From the human T2T-CHM13v2.0 reference genome, Homo sapiens: 64,000 bases of DNA. The stretch lies in assembly GCF_009914755.1 (NCBI RefSeq), contig NC_060927.1. The stretch is one strand, 5' to 3'. Within the stretch, counting starts at the first letter, position 1. The number at the start of each line of letters is the position of its first letter. Below are positions 1 through 12,690 of the stretch, piece after piece. Position numbers and translations under genes: made by a program. Below the pieces are notes generated by a model. It saw only the letters and a program-made list of their open reading frames with translations, had not been told where the DNA came from and did no database searches.

Positions 1-54
1 AGCACACATTAATTGCATAAGAATTTATGCATAGTTTTTTTAACTTCCAATGCA

Positions 55-230
55 TGAGCTCATTTTCATCATGACAAGAAACTGATGAGACCAGTACTAT
101 TATTATCCCCATTTTGCAACAGAGAAACCTGAGGCCCAGAGAGGTTAAATCACTTGCCCAAAGTCTTAGAACCTTGTGATTGGTTTGAATCCGAAAGCCA
201 AATTCCACAGCCCAAATGCTGGATCTCATA
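55..230 (-). mobile_element. MIR SINE fragment
   Basis: Reverse-strand MIR core: attatccccattttg...gaggcccagagaggttaaatcacttgccc. Confidence 0.8.
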
Positions 231-469
231 GGGACAGCATGAGTAAAAGCGTGGCAATAAAATAGCCAGGTTAAGGACACTTCTATGTTTATGGTCCTAT
301 TTGGTCTTTATAACTTTTCTGGTGAGTTAGACAGGGCTACCAATAAACTGGGACTCAGGGAGGTTAATTAGTTTGGGAAGATCATCCAATAAGCTAGTCA
401 TCAGCTCTTATCAAATTATTCATTGCTTTAGTGTCTACATTTTCCATCATGCCATAAGGTCCCTAATGA

Positions 470-570
470 CAAGTAAATCATCTGTTTTATTCACTGCTAT
501 ATCCCTAGCATGTGACAAATACCCAACATGTAGTAGGTACTCATATAAAGATTTTTTTGAAGAGTGAAAG
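470..570 (+). mobile_element. L2 LINE 3' end fragment
   Basis: ttcactgctatatccctagc...gtagtaggtactca resembles the L2 3' terminus. Confidence 0.6.
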
Positions 571-590
571 AATAGAACTAAAAAACAGTA

Positions 591-795
591 TGTGTTGAGT
601 TGAATAGTGCCCCCTCCTCCCGCCACCACCCCACAAAAGAAGATCTATCCATCCAGAATCCGTGGATTAACTTTATTTGGAAAAAAAAGGTATTTGCAGA
701 TATAATTAAATTAAGGATCTCAAGATGAGATAATCCTAGATTATGCGGCGAGGCCCGATCCAATGATGTCCAATGTGCTTATAAGAGAAACGGCA
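591..795 (+). mobile_element. MLT1 (ERVL-MaLR) LTR, 5' half only
   Basis: tgtgttgagttgaatagtgcccc...ttatttggaaa...tttgcagatataattaaattaaggatctcaagatgaga is a typical MLT1 5' portion. It ends abruptly. Confidence 0.75.
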
Positions 796-796
796 G

Positions 797-855
797 GCAC
801 CACTGTACTCTACAGCCTGGGAGACAGAGTGAGACCGTCTCTTAAAACAAAGAAA
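797..855 (+). mobile_element. Alu right-arm 3' fragment
   Basis: caccactgtactctacagcctgggagacagagtgagaccgtctc plus A-rich tail. Confidence 0.8.
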
Positions 856-857
856 GC

Positions 858-1193
858 CAAAGGCATAAAAGATGAAAAATGGTCTACCTATACAGGGCAC
901 TTACCATGAATGGAGTTTGTAGGACTGGAAGTTGCTCTGGATCAGTGAGTGAGTGAGTGGTGAGTGAATGTGAAGGCCGAGGACATTATTGTACACTACT
1001 GTAGGCTTTATAAGCACTGTACACTTAGGCTACACTAACTTTATTTTTTAAAATAAAGTAATTGTGCTACAGCGTTACAACAGCTAAGACATCACTAGGG
1101 GATAGGAATTTTTCAGCTCCATTATAATCTTATGGGACCATTGTCATATGTGGCCCACAGCTGACTGAAACATCATTATGCAGTGCATGACAG
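858..1193 (-). mobile_element. Tigger3-family (TcMar) DNA transposon fragment
   Basis: ggactggaagttgctctgg...gtgagtgaatgtgaaggcc...cagctccattataatcttatgggacc...catcattatgcagtgcatgac. It is reverse-complement-similar to the element at 50474-51570. Confidence 0.8.
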
Positions 1194-1302
1194 CAGGCTT
1201 GAAAAAAACGTGAAATTTACCTCTAATCCCACTGTGAGAGATAACTGCAGTCAACGGTGTGGCACAGACATGTTTCTAGATCTTTTCTACATGAATGTGT
1301 GT

Positions 1303-1845
1303 ACAATAGTCCTCACTTATCCAAGGAGAATATATTCTAATACCTCCAATAGATACCTAAAACCACAGATAGTACCAAACCCTGTATATACTATTATATT
1401 ACCTATGATGAAGCTGAATTTACAAATTAGACACAGTAAGAGATTAACAATAATAACCAATAATAAAATAGAACAATTATAACAACATGCCAACATCACT
1501 GCTCTTGGGCTTTGGGGCCATTATTAAGTAAATAAGGGTTCCTTGAACACAAGCACTACGATACCATGACAACTGATCTGATCACCAAGATGGCTGGCTA
1601 CAAGTGACTAATAGGAAGGTGGCATAGACAGCATGGAGACCCTGGACAAAGGGAAGATTCACGTCTTAGGTGGGACAAAGCAGAACAGCGTGAGATTTCA
1701 TCATGCTACTTAGAATGGCATGCAATTTAAAACTTATGAATTGTTTATTTCTGGAATTTTCCATTTAATATTTTCTGACCAATGATGACTGTGAATAACT
1801 GAAAAAAATGCAAAGAAAAATCGTGGATAAGGGGGAACTACTATA
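1303..1845. mobile_element. MER44-type (Tigger7-derived) MITE
   Basis: Terminal inverted repeats caatagtcctcacttatcc / ggataagggggaactacta, TA flanks, and an internal sequence typical of MER44. Confidence 0.75.
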
Positions 1846-1861
1846 TATATGTATGTTTAGG

Positions 1862-1879
1862 GATGTGTTTGTGTGTGCG

Positions 1880-1910
<31 letters not shown>
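1862..1910. repeat. (GT)n microsatellite
   Basis: Directly visible imperfect GT run. Confidence 0.95.
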
Positions 1911-1937
1911 TCTCTCCAATTAAAATAGGACAATACT

Positions 1938-2231
1938 GGCCAGGTGCAGTGGCTCATGCCTGTAATCCCAGCACTTTGGGGAGTAGAGGTGGGAGGATTG
2001 CTGGAGTCCAGGAGTTCAAGACCAGCCTGGGCAACATAGGAAACCTTGTCTCTACAAAAAATACAAAAATTATCTGGGCATGGTGGTGTACCTGTAGTCC
2101 CAGCTACTGGGGACTCTGAGGCAGGAAGATCACTTGAGCCCGAGGGGTCAAGGCTTCAGTGAGCTGAGATTGTGCCACTGCATCCCAGCCTGGGTGACAG
2201 AGCAAGACCCTGTCTCTAAAATAAGAAAAAA
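1938..2231 (+). mobile_element. AluJ SINE
   Basis: Full dimer with J-type diagnostics (ggaggattgc, gaccctgtctc). TSD aaaatagg(a/t)caatac at 1922-1936 and 2232-2246. Confidence 0.95.
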
Positions 2232-3524
2232 AAAATAGGTCAATACCATACATGCTGTGAGGAAGTCTACTGTCTGCACTTAACATTGAATCCTAATAAC
2301 CTGATCCTTTGTGTAAACCTGACCATCAGGACAGCAGGGGACAAAGGAGGCCAGGGGAGCAGTAGGAGTGGCCCACCACAGCACAGAGTGTTGTATCACT
2401 GCATTGTTTAGAAACACCAAAGCACGAGGAGAGTATATGCATACTGATTTTTAGCCAGCTAAAAATTACTGTTCTAGGTCTTCTGCAGATAATCCACACT
2501 ACTATTGCTGCTCCTAGGTGGGCTGCATCCACCACCTCCCCTTGGCAAGCTGCTACACCAGGGAAGATGGTGGTTTGGGTGGGGCAGGGGATGGGCATGC
2601 TTCACCAGAAGGCAACACGACAGAAGGTACACACTACGTGCTCATTAGACAAAGTTAGAAAACCATCCCACACTCCCTCCTCACAGAGATCTTGATTAAA
2701 CATATGAGATAATGTCCACTATATCTTTTGTGATCTTGAGAGGAAAAGCACTAGAATAGGTAAATTTAAGTATATTAAAAATACAGCCCATTTTCCATCA
2801 AGTCCAGGCAATGGTATCCACAGTCAAGCAGTTCCCCTCTAAACTCGCTGCTGAGTCACAGGACAGATGACTTTCTTGCCTTCTTTTTTTTTTTTTTTTT
2901 TTTAGCATATCAAAGACCAAAACTTCTTGAGATGAGTTATTGAGAAGATATAAGGGAAACTGAATAAACTGCTTTAAAAACCATCAACCTGTCCACAAAG
3001 ACACAAATAGATTTTAGCTTCTAACAACTACAGTGGTATAATTTTCCTGTTAGCCATTTCCCTTGAAATAATAATTGAACTGGCAAGTCCATTCCTCATA
3101 AACACTTTCATCATCTGTGGCTTGACGAGGCCTAGCTACTGAGCCACAGATAAATGTTTCTTCAAGATAGTAAATCATGAGCCATATGTTAGAAATTACC
3201 CTTCACCCCTATAAATGGGACTATACCCCGCTTTGTCCTTTCCAAAACAGTGGAGGGGATTTTTGGCAGCCAGACTCACATTAGAATCCCTGGGAATAAC
3301 ACTGCTAATCCCCAGCATGACACTCTGAAGCCTTCAGAGTCATATTTCACAATAGTATTTTCACAGTGTCTGCAGAGTCCGTGTTTATAAAAACAGATTC
3401 AAAACAATTAAAAAAACATAACTGGAAACTGAACTCCAGCCATGTCAGGTGTGAAAAAAGCTCTTGGTACTGGCTTTGCACATGCCTGAGATACAGGCAT
3501 GATCCTAAGAAATAGCAAAATGTC

Positions 3525-3720
3525 ATGATGGAAAGCCCCAGCTCTGCAGCCCCAGTGGCCTGAATTCAAAATCTGGCTCCTCTCATTTCTAGGTGTGTGG
3601 CCTCGGGCAAGTAACTTGGCCTCTCTGTGTCTCAGCTTCAGTATCTGTAAAATGGGAATGGTGATAATGCTTGCTTCACAGGGATAAAAGAGTTAAATGT
3701 GACAATATAAATGCTTCTAA
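3525..3720 (+). mobile_element. MIR SINE
   Basis: gggcaagtaacttggcctctctgtgtctcagcttcagtatctgtaaaatggg core. Confidence 0.85.
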
Positions 3721-3799
3721 ACTTCCTGATCACAGCTTTCTGAAACTACGTTAGAATACGCCTACCATAGCAAACACTTAAGGGACAAGTTGAGTCAAG

Positions 3800-3965
3800 G
3801 GTTTTATAGGCCAAGCCTGGAGGTGGAATATTCACTTTTGTTCATATTCCATTAGCCAGAATTTAGTCACATGACCACATATGCAAAGGTATCCAGGAAA
3901 TATAGTCCAGTTGTGTACACAGTGAAGAAGAGGGGAACACAATAATGGTAGCAATAGCCGTCTGT
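3800..3965 (-). mobile_element. Old MLT1 LTR fragment
   Basis: catattccattagccagaatttagtcacatgaccac...tgcaaagg...ggaaatatagtc motif typical of the MLT1J/K/L group. Confidence 0.6.
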
Positions 3966-4719
3966 ACAACACACATTTAATAGAAACTAAAGTTTCATGA
4001 AACAACTCCTCCACTTACTATACATGAGAAAGGGTGATATTTCTGTTTTACTCCATTCCATTCCATACTAATCTATTTCATTTAAAACACATTGGTCTTC
4101 ACCCAACTGGCTGATTTTCACAATCCACTGATATTTCACAATTCACTATTTCCTCAACAAGTGTTTGCTGTTGTCATTGGCAATGGTAGTGGCAGTGAGC
4201 AAAAGGATAAACTAGATACTTCCAAATTTTTCCAAAAATTCTTAGTGTTTGGGTTCACAAGACTTTACAGTGATGACATACTCTAGTTTTGACTTCAAGT
4301 ATTAGGAGTCAGAAATATGCATCTAGAAACACTGATCAATTCCTGGAACCTAGGCTGCCTGTGGAACACGTAGTTAACTATAATCATACATTGTAGGAAC
4401 TAAGAGGAATAAACATTCACACACACACATGTTGCATGCATACAAATGGATGATGACCAACAAAAAGAGGCCAGAGGAGACATAAAGGAGAAAGAGCCAA
4501 GGCAAGAAAAAGGGAAATTTGTCCATTCTGGACACATAACACTGGCACAGAGCCCAGAACAGAGGAAGCACCAGGTACTGCTTTCTCAATGAATGAACCA
4601 GTGATGCATCAGGTCTTGCTCTTCAGCTCCTTGCCCTAGAAATTCCTCACAACCTGTGCATAAGTTAGTTCAATGTTCTTCCCTGGCCTTCTTAATGGGC
4701 TAAGGAATTTGACCTTGCT

Positions 4720-5225
4720 TTGAATAGTCACAGAGGCAGTGTAAGGGTTTAAGATGGGTAGGACATGATCAAATGTGCATTTCAGATGGATACCTAGGGT
4801 TGTACTGTGGCTGGCCTGACCTGAAGCAGGGAGGCCAGGGAGGAGGTCAGAGGAGACTGCGGCCTGAGCTATGGCAGATGATAGGTAGAGAAAGAAGGGC
4901 CCTGAATCAGAGAATACACAGATGTCCAAACTGATAGGTGTGGGTGACTGATTTGGAGATAGGATGCTCAGACTTCTGACTTGGGACAACTGAGTACATG
5001 AAAGTGCTATTTGTTGAGATAAAAAACACAGAAAGAGAAAAAGAGAATTTGATGAATCCAATTTTTGTACAAGTTGTTTCTTAGGCCTCTGACGTTCAGT
5101 CAAAATATGCCCAGTTGGCAGTGGGAGCGTGGACTGGAGGTAAGGAAAGAGTGCTGTGTAGACTCAGGTTGAGAATTATTATCAAATGAATGATGGTTAA
5201 AGTAAGAGGATCACCCTGGGACTGG
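4720..5225 (-). mobile_element. L2 LINE fragment
   Basis: Purine-rich antisense L2 motifs (gacatgatcaaatgtgcattt, tgactgatttgga, cagacttctgacttgggacaact). Confidence 0.6.
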
Positions 5226-5384
5226 GTCCAGACTATACAAGATCACAGGCCACCACAACAACTCCCAACCTTGGGGCCGCCAGCCCACTGTACCACAGAA
5301 GTGGCGAATAGGAATGAGCTTAGATGCCCACCAGACATAAGGGGAAACCACCTAATGCCTAGGTGACCCTGGATTATGGCTCAG

Positions 5385-6470
5385 TTTCTTTATTCATTCA
5401 ACAGGTATTTATTGAGCATCTATTATATGACAGGCACTGTGCTAAGGACTAAAGAAACCACGGTAAACAAGAAAGACATGGTACCTATGCATGATCTGTT
5501 GGGTAAGGCAGCTGAAAACAAGGAAGCAAATTTTAACACTCTAATTGTTGGGAAATGCTATGAAGGAAACAAACAGGGTGTTGAGGCCAAGAATGCTGGG
5601 GAAGGGGAAGGATCTACTGAGAATACAAGATTAGAGAAGCCTTCTCTTAACAGGTGACATTTAAATGGAGACCTCAAGGGTGAAAAAGAACCCAGTGGGG
5701 AATGGTAAGCAGAGTGAACTGGATTCTAGACAAAGGCAAAGGAAAGAGATTGGATGTTTGAAAAACTGACAGGTAAGTGTTCTGGAGCTGAGAAAACAAG
5801 GGGAGTGGTAATTAAGGGTTAGATCATGAGAAGGAGTTTGATTTTAACTCTAAAGGACATTGAATATGTTCAAGCAGAAGAATAACATGATACACCACAC
5901 ACATTTTTTCCCCTAGAGACAGAGTGTTGTTCTGTCACCCAGGCTGGAGTGGAGGGGCATCATCATAGCTCACTGCAGCCTCAAACTCCTGGGCTCAAGT
6001 GATCCTCCCACCTAAGTCTCCCAGGAAGCTAGGACTACAGATGCATACCACCACACCTGGCTAATTCTTTAATTTTTTTGTAAAGTCAGGGTCTCACTAC
6101 GTTGCCGAGGCTGCTCTGGAACCCCTGGGCTCAAGTAATCCTCCCATCTTGGCCTCCCAAAGCACTGGGATTGCAGATGTGAGCCACTATGCCTGGCCAG
6201 CCATACGCTTTTTAAGAGCACCACTCTGGCTGCCATGTGGAGAATGGATGAAGGAGAAACTGTGGACTCAGGACACTAGATAAGAAGGGAATGATGATGG
6301 TGATCTATACAAGAGGATAAGTAGGGGTGATGCAGAGGAGTCAAATGGCTTTGAAATATAATTGGAGGTATAGTCTTTAGGACATGGTTATAAATAGGAT
6401 GTGTGGGTATGAGGAATAATCAAAGATGATTTCTAAGTTTCCAGCTTCAGCAACTGAATGGATTGAATAC
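5385..6470 (-). mobile_element. L2 LINE (3' end and upstream part), interrupted by an Alu
   Basis: tcattcaacaggtatttattgagcatctattatatgacaggcactgtgcta is the reverse L2 terminus. L2-like sequence resumes after the Alu. Confidence 0.75.
5905..6198 (-). mobile_element. AluJ SINE
   Basis: Reverse Alu dimer with J diagnostics (catagctcactgcagcctcaaactcctgggctcaag). Confidence 0.95.
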
Positions 6471-7124
6471 CTATCTCTCAAGAGTTAGGGTTACTGTGAG
6501 GAATTCAGACTATAATATTTATACATCACCCAGCACCAGGGCCAGTACATTAGGTGAGTGGCTATAAACAGGAGGCTTCCTCACCATTACTGCATTACTC
6601 TTCCCCCAAGAAACCCTCACACAGAGCAGGTTTAATGACTTCTCTGTCCTCATTTTTCACTCACCTCCATCACACAGAATCCAGGACTATTCTCTTCACT
6701 TTTTTCCCACACAGTTTGCCTACTCAAATACTCAGGGGAAAAAAAAAAAAAAAACTACCTAGTATCTTTTTACTAAGAAAAATATCTTTCCTCCCAGCTC
6801 TAACAAGTTACTCAGATTAATCAGTTCCTCCCACCAGGGCCACCCTCACCCAACTGTGAATCAGAAAGTGTTCCTATCCTCATGTCTAAAACTCCAAGTG
6901 GCTGTTGTCCAAAGATGTGAGTCTAGAAATGCCCCCAAGCAAAATTCATATCTGAGAGCCTAGCAATTATTTCCAATAATATTCCTCACATTAACACCAT
7001 GTGTCTTTTAGTAACTGAGTCAACTTTCTGCTGCTTAGGCTAAGGTGACTTGAGGAGAATACTCCATAGATACAAAAGGGGGAATTGCAAAGACTTCAAG
7101 GATTACACAAAAGAAGGAAGCCGT

Positions 7125-7325
7125 CTGTGGTTGTTGGAACCAGGTTGTACCAGCTCAGGAGCTGAAATCCCCAACTATCCATTAAAAGAAATTATGTCGG
7201 TAGCTTGAAATGGGCCATGGTGGGAGTAACTATGCCAGAGAAATCTGCAAATACTACAAATCAGGAATTTCATTCCCCATCCATTATGACAGCCAGTTGT
7301 TAAACGTTTACCAGCACATCATGGG
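7125..7325. mobile_element. hAT-type MITE (MER63-like)
   Basis: gcttgaaatgggccatggtgggagta...gccagttgttaaacgtttaccagcac terminal motif. Confidence 0.55.
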
Positions 7326-8881
7326 AAGCAGCTTTTGTTTTTAAGCTACCATTTAATGGGCAATTACTATGTGCCAGGCACTGTGCTAAGTACCTTACTC
7401 ATGTGACCTCCCTCTGCTCAGCAACCCCCAGTTTGCTGACCTTGTCAGAGTTCTTGGTACTCATCTTGCTGTCTCATCCCACCTCATCTAAACTTTCTTC
7501 AGTCCTTCTGCCTGGTTTTCCCTTCTCTCCCCATCCTATCTTCACTACCATCTCCCTAACATCTGACACAGCTCCCCTTAGGAAGCCTTTGCTGAATTCC
7601 TCAAGAATTAAATCCAGCAAACTATCTACCATATACCAAGCAAACAGAATTATTGCTCCTCTGTATCCCTTCTGTGTCACATACAGACTTGTCTCATGGA
7701 CGTTAATTACTTGAATTATGTGAAAATGCTCATTTAGTTTTACTTATAAAACATATGATGGAGCCCTTTTGGGGTCAGTTCACTCTTCTCAGAAGAACTG
7801 TATGGAAACCAAAACTTTATTCCAAGGAGTGTGAAAAGTCAGCAAGGCCCAAGCCCTCTTTCCTTAATTGTCTTTTCCTTTCTAAGGAACTAGGAATAGA
7901 ATTAGTAAAACAGAGCTTGAAGCAATTCTAAGAATCTCATTAAAATATGTGTCTGGCAAAGAATTCATTCCCAACACTCAATAATCCTCTGTTTATACAT
8001 ATGCAGCCCAGCCACCAGGGAAGGACTGATCAAAGCCATTTGCTTCAGTGGGTACAACAGGCTACACCCTCAGTAGAAACCCAAACTGTTAGGCAAGTTC
8101 TTTTTAAAAACACAAGACAATATATAACTATCGGACACATAAATGTTGCTATCAGCAAAGAATAAAAGGTTAAGAATATGCTCTTATTCATAATAAAATA
8201 GTTCCCATGGAACAATTTCTTCTTTACAACAGTAGGAGAGCAACATCTTACTATGTTTCCAGCGAATTCTTCTTTCCTTCTGGAAGCCTGTTTTCTGGAT
8301 CAGTTTCAGAAAGGATGCTTTATTAACATGCTTAGCTACATGAGAAGCAAATGCTGCCATTAACTCAGAGTCAAATTGCAAAAACATAACTTCTTCCAGT
8401 TCCTGAATCAAAATAGTCATCAGTCTGTTGGTTTGGCCATCTTTGTATTCCACCATTAGGCAGAATACCGCAGGCCATCTGAGCACAGCACAAGGTTTTA
8501 GCTTGCTGCAACATCCAAAGTCTGCAGTCACTTTCCCTAGTAACCCGTAATAACCCCAAGAACATCCCCAGGTAAAAACCTCATTTGGGTTTTGAAAGCC
8601 TCAAATTACCTTATCCATGAATTGCAGTGCATTTTAGCAGGGCATAAAAATTATTCATGTTGAGGATAAAAACTAATTTCTCTTAATTATCCAAAACACA
8701 TTAAACACGTTTATAAATAGCTATAAAGGTAAGTTAAAATTCCAAAATTTAATTATAATGATTTTGCATTTATAGAGTCTCCAGGAACATCCTAACTCAT
8801 ATGCAAGAACTCAAATGCAACTGCACTGCAATCTACAGCAAAAGAGAGTTTGCAAACATAATAGGGTATTCTGAGCATCTC

Positions 8882-9330
8882 TAAACTCAAGCTTTTTTTT
8901 TTTTGCTTATTTATAGATGTATTTATATGCGGCTTTATGGGGGTATAAATGACCAAAAAATTATATATATTTAAGGTATACAATGTAATGTTTTAATATA
9001 GATATACATTGTGAAATGATTGTCACAAGGAAATCCTGTCATTTGCAAAAACATACATAAACCTAGAGGAAATTAGGCTAAGTGAAATTTGCCAGATATA
9101 TATGATATGTATGGAACCTAAAGAAGTTAAACTCATAAAAACAGACAGTAGAAGGGGACAAATTTTCAGTTATAAGATGAATAAGTTCTAGAGATCTATT
9201 GTACAGCATAGTGACTACAGTTAATGATAATCACATACATGAAATTTGCTAAGAGGTAGATCTTAAGTGTTCTAACCACAAAAAAAGGCAGGTAACTGTG
9301 AGGTGATGAATATGGTAAGCTCAAGCTCTT
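8882..9330 (-). mobile_element. Old L1M(A) 3' fragment with 5' inversion
   Basis: Poly(T) at ~8893. L1 3' terminus lies on the minus strand at ~8905-9027 and the adjoining upstream L1 segment on the plus strand at 9028-9315. Imperfect TSD taa(a/g)ctcaagct(t/c)tt. Confidence 0.75.
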
Positions 9331-10290
9331 AAGAAAACAAGCCTTTGCTATTAACTTCTTTAGAAAAAATAAAATGCATTCCACAACCACTGACATTGAA
9401 ATCACACATGTCTTAGGTCTAAAGAATCATGGGCCTTCAAGCTAAGAAAGCTCTTGGGTAAAAGATAAGTTGGTATTGTACCTGGGCTCGTATTTCCTGA
9501 AAGACAGTATAGAAGTTTCTTTGTGCAGCTGAAACATAAACCTCTTAGGGAAACATTTCTGCCCATTACCAGCTTATCAGAGACCATCAAGAATGGGATC
9601 ACCCAGTATCTCCTTCTTGATTTGATTAAACTATCATTAAGTGCCTGAGAGATGGACAGTGGCCTGACAGCCTCTGACCTTAAAGTAACTCTAAGAGCTA
9701 TTTGTAGAAGCTGAAGGAGACCGGATTTTTCGTCCACTTTTGTAGTTCGTGACCTTTGGCTTAAAAGGGGTACAATTAGGTCTTACTCATGCTGATTAAG
9801 GCAAAAATAAAGAATTATTTCTGACTGGAGAAAACCCCAATTATTAAGTTATCGTATACTCTCCAATTGTCTATAATTTTACAGCAATTTCACTAAAATC
9901 TGCATCAAACGTTTTCTACATGACTTAATAAATAAAATACCAATTAAAATGTTCCAGGTATGAGGAAAAGGCACATTCCCCTATCTAAATTGTGTTTATG
10001 ACATATCAGGGATTGAGTATCCCCTGAATCATCCCAATTATTTTGTGACTATTCTCCAGAAAAGAAGCATATTAAAAACAAAATATACAAAGGTCAAATT
10101 GAAACCCTGGAAATAGGAATGATGATACTATTTACAGTGGACGTGGGAGGACCATATGAGTGGAGGAAGGTAATGGATAAGTGCTAACTGAGTGATATCT
10201 CAAAATAAGATCACAGATTAATCTAAAGAACCACCTTGTGCAGAGGACCTGACAAGAGATGTCTTTCATTGCTTTAGGAAAAAACTAACA

Positions 10291-10588
10291 GGCCGGGCCT
10301 GGTGGCTTACGCCTGTAATCCCAGCACTTTGGGAGGCCGAGGCAGGTGAATCACGAGGTCAGGAGTTCAAGACCAGCCTGGCCAAGATGGTGAAACCCCG
10401 TCTCTACTAAAAATACACACACAAAAAAAAGTTAGCCGGGCGTGGTGGCAGTCACCTGTAATCCCAGCTACTCAGGAGACTGAGGCAGATAATTGCTTGA
10501 ACACAGGAGGCAGAGGCTGCAGTGAGCCAAGATCACACCACTGCACTCCAGCCTGGGAGACAGAAAGAGACTCTGTCTCAAAACAAAA
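10291..10588 (+). mobile_element. AluS (Sg-like) SINE
   Basis: Full dimer with atcacgaggtcaggagttc...gccaagatgg. TSD aggaaaa(aa/tg)ctaaca. Confidence 0.95.
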
Positions 10589-10619
10589 AGGAAAATGCTA
10601 ACAATACAACTTTGAGTGC

Positions 10620-10745
10620 ATCAGGTTGCTCTAAGTGCCATGAGGACAGGGGTTGTTTGTCTTGCTCACAACAGAGTACTCTCATCTCCCAACATGGTGC
10701 GTGGTACACAGTAGGTATTCAAAAAATACTTGTGGGTTGGATGCA
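10620..10745 (+). mobile_element. L2 3' end
   Basis: catgaggacagggg...ggtacacagtaggtattcaaaaaatacttgt. Confidence 0.6.
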
Positions 10746-10867
10746 TGATTTAACTTTACTTTTGCTCTGCTAACTATGTAAAGTCTCACTTTTATTAAGA
10801 GACACACAAACATTTGTAATTAGTTCTCCTAAAGTTTTTAATGTGACACAAACATTTAATTAGATGC

Positions 10868-11206
10868 TTTTATTTTATTTTATTTTATTTTATTTTATTT
10901 TATTTTATTTTATTTTATTTTATTTTTTGAGACGGAATCTCACTCTGTCGCCAGCCTGGAGTGCAGTGACGTGATCTTGGCTCACTGCAACTCTGCCTCT
11001 TGGGTTCAAGTGATTCTCCTACCTCAGCCTCCTGAGTAGCTGGGATTACAGTCGTGTACCACCATGCCCAGCTACTTTTTGTATGTTTAATAGAGATAGG
11101 GTTTCACCACACTGGCCAGGATGGTCTTGATCTCTTGACCTCATGATCCACCTGCCTCAGCCTCCCAAAGTGCTGGAATTACAGGTGTGAGCCACCGCAC
11201 CCAGCC
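10868..11206 (-). mobile_element. AluS (Sc-like) SINE with (TTTTA)n tail
   Basis: ggccaggatggtcttgatctcttgacctcatgatcc. The tail is expanded into a pentanucleotide repeat at 10868-10928. Confidence 0.95.
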
Positions 11207-11322
11207 TAGATGCATATTTTGAAAACACTGGAATATCTTCACAGTCACATCAATAAGATACAAGATTGTCCCCAAAACAGCCACTTACACTCAGAAAAAA
11301 AGTTTTTTTTTTAACCATGGGA

Positions 11323-11324
<2 letters not shown>

Positions 11325-11361
<37 letters not shown>

Positions 11362-11370
11362 CTGTCTGTC
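11325..11370. repeat. (TG)n microsatellite
   Basis: Directly visible. Confidence 0.95.
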
Positions 11371-12499
11371 TCATTATAAAGCCACATGCTGGATTTAAGT
11401 TGTCTTTGAATTCTTTCTCTTCAAAAGTACTTTCACATAAACTCTTTTAACACTCCATAAAACTCTGCCTTTTCCTAATGTAACTGCTTGCCTCATGTAG
11501 AATCTCAACTTCTTTGGACAAAAAGCAGACCCAGTCCTTACTATCTGCCACCCAGGCTTTGACATCTCCTTCACTGAAGAAATCAGCAAGGAATATGATA
11601 ACCAGGTTTCATCTGATTTTCTTTTTCAGGCCATGGACGACTAAATGCTTGATCAGAGCAAGCAGGACCCTGTGTTCCATAATCATGTGTGACAATACGT
11701 AAAATTGCTATGGAAATTTTCCTCATTAAGCCCATCTGCAAATGTTTGTCCCCAAGTCCAGGGTGCACTCTTAGAAAGAGGAGTATCTTTTTACAATTTG
11801 GGTCACTGGAGTGCATTGCATTCTGAGCAGGACCCCAATTACTCTAGCATCTGATTAATGTCTGTCCAAACTCTTGCCCCGTAACAAGACCCTCTGTAAC
11901 TCAGCTAACCACCTAACAACCCACATCATTAGGGCCTATTATCTTTTACAATGTTGATTCTTGGTATCCAAGGGCTGTGGTTCAGACAAACTATTTAAAG
12001 GCATTAAAATAACAACCGTCTTGCCAGCTGTGGGCATGGCCACCGAAACTACCACCAGGTCACAAAACCAGATGCAACAGATGCCAGGAAGAAGACTAAA
12101 AGGCAGAGGGAACACCCACTTGAGAAAACAAATCCACTTGTGTCCTACAGGAGAGCACTGGGCAGCAAATCCCAAGGTCTGGAGAATCAATAGCTGGTAA
12201 GAGAGATGTAGCACTCCACATCCTTTACCTAACCCTGCTGAATGGCTCTCTGAAATTTTATCTCCTTTCTTGCCAAATTTAACCTTGAACAAGGCTTAAA
12301 ATTATTAAATCTCAGACAAATTATATCTCCTTTCTTCTGGCCATAAGACTCAACACTACAAAAATCATATATGGGGTTTCTGATAGCAACTGTTACTCAC
12401 CGTTGTCCTTTCAAGTTAACCTGTGACTGTAAGTTCATGATGGAATAGGTATCATTGCTGAGCCCTCACTACTTAGGCATGGTTAAGAATTTCGCCTGT

Positions 12500-12690
12500 C
12501 CTTATAAAACTAACTTCTGTTTTACAAATGAGAATGGGGTCAGGGAATGTTTAGTAACTTTCTCAAAATCACACAGCCAGAAAAACACACACACACACAC
12601 ACATACACACACACACACACACTCACATACACACCAAGCCAGGGTTTGAACCCAGGTCTCTCTGACACCAGGATTCTTATCCATGCCTCC
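12500..12690 (-). mobile_element. MIR fragment containing a (CA)n microsatellite (12584-12633)
   Basis: tttacaaatgagaa...taactttctcaaaatcacacagc [CA]n gccagggtttgaacccaggtc. Confidence 0.7.

Noticed and set aside
8184-8531. 115-aa minus-strand ORF in unique sequence
   Set aside because: Non-ATG start, no recognisable domain and no convincing flanking splice sites. Its length is compatible with chance.
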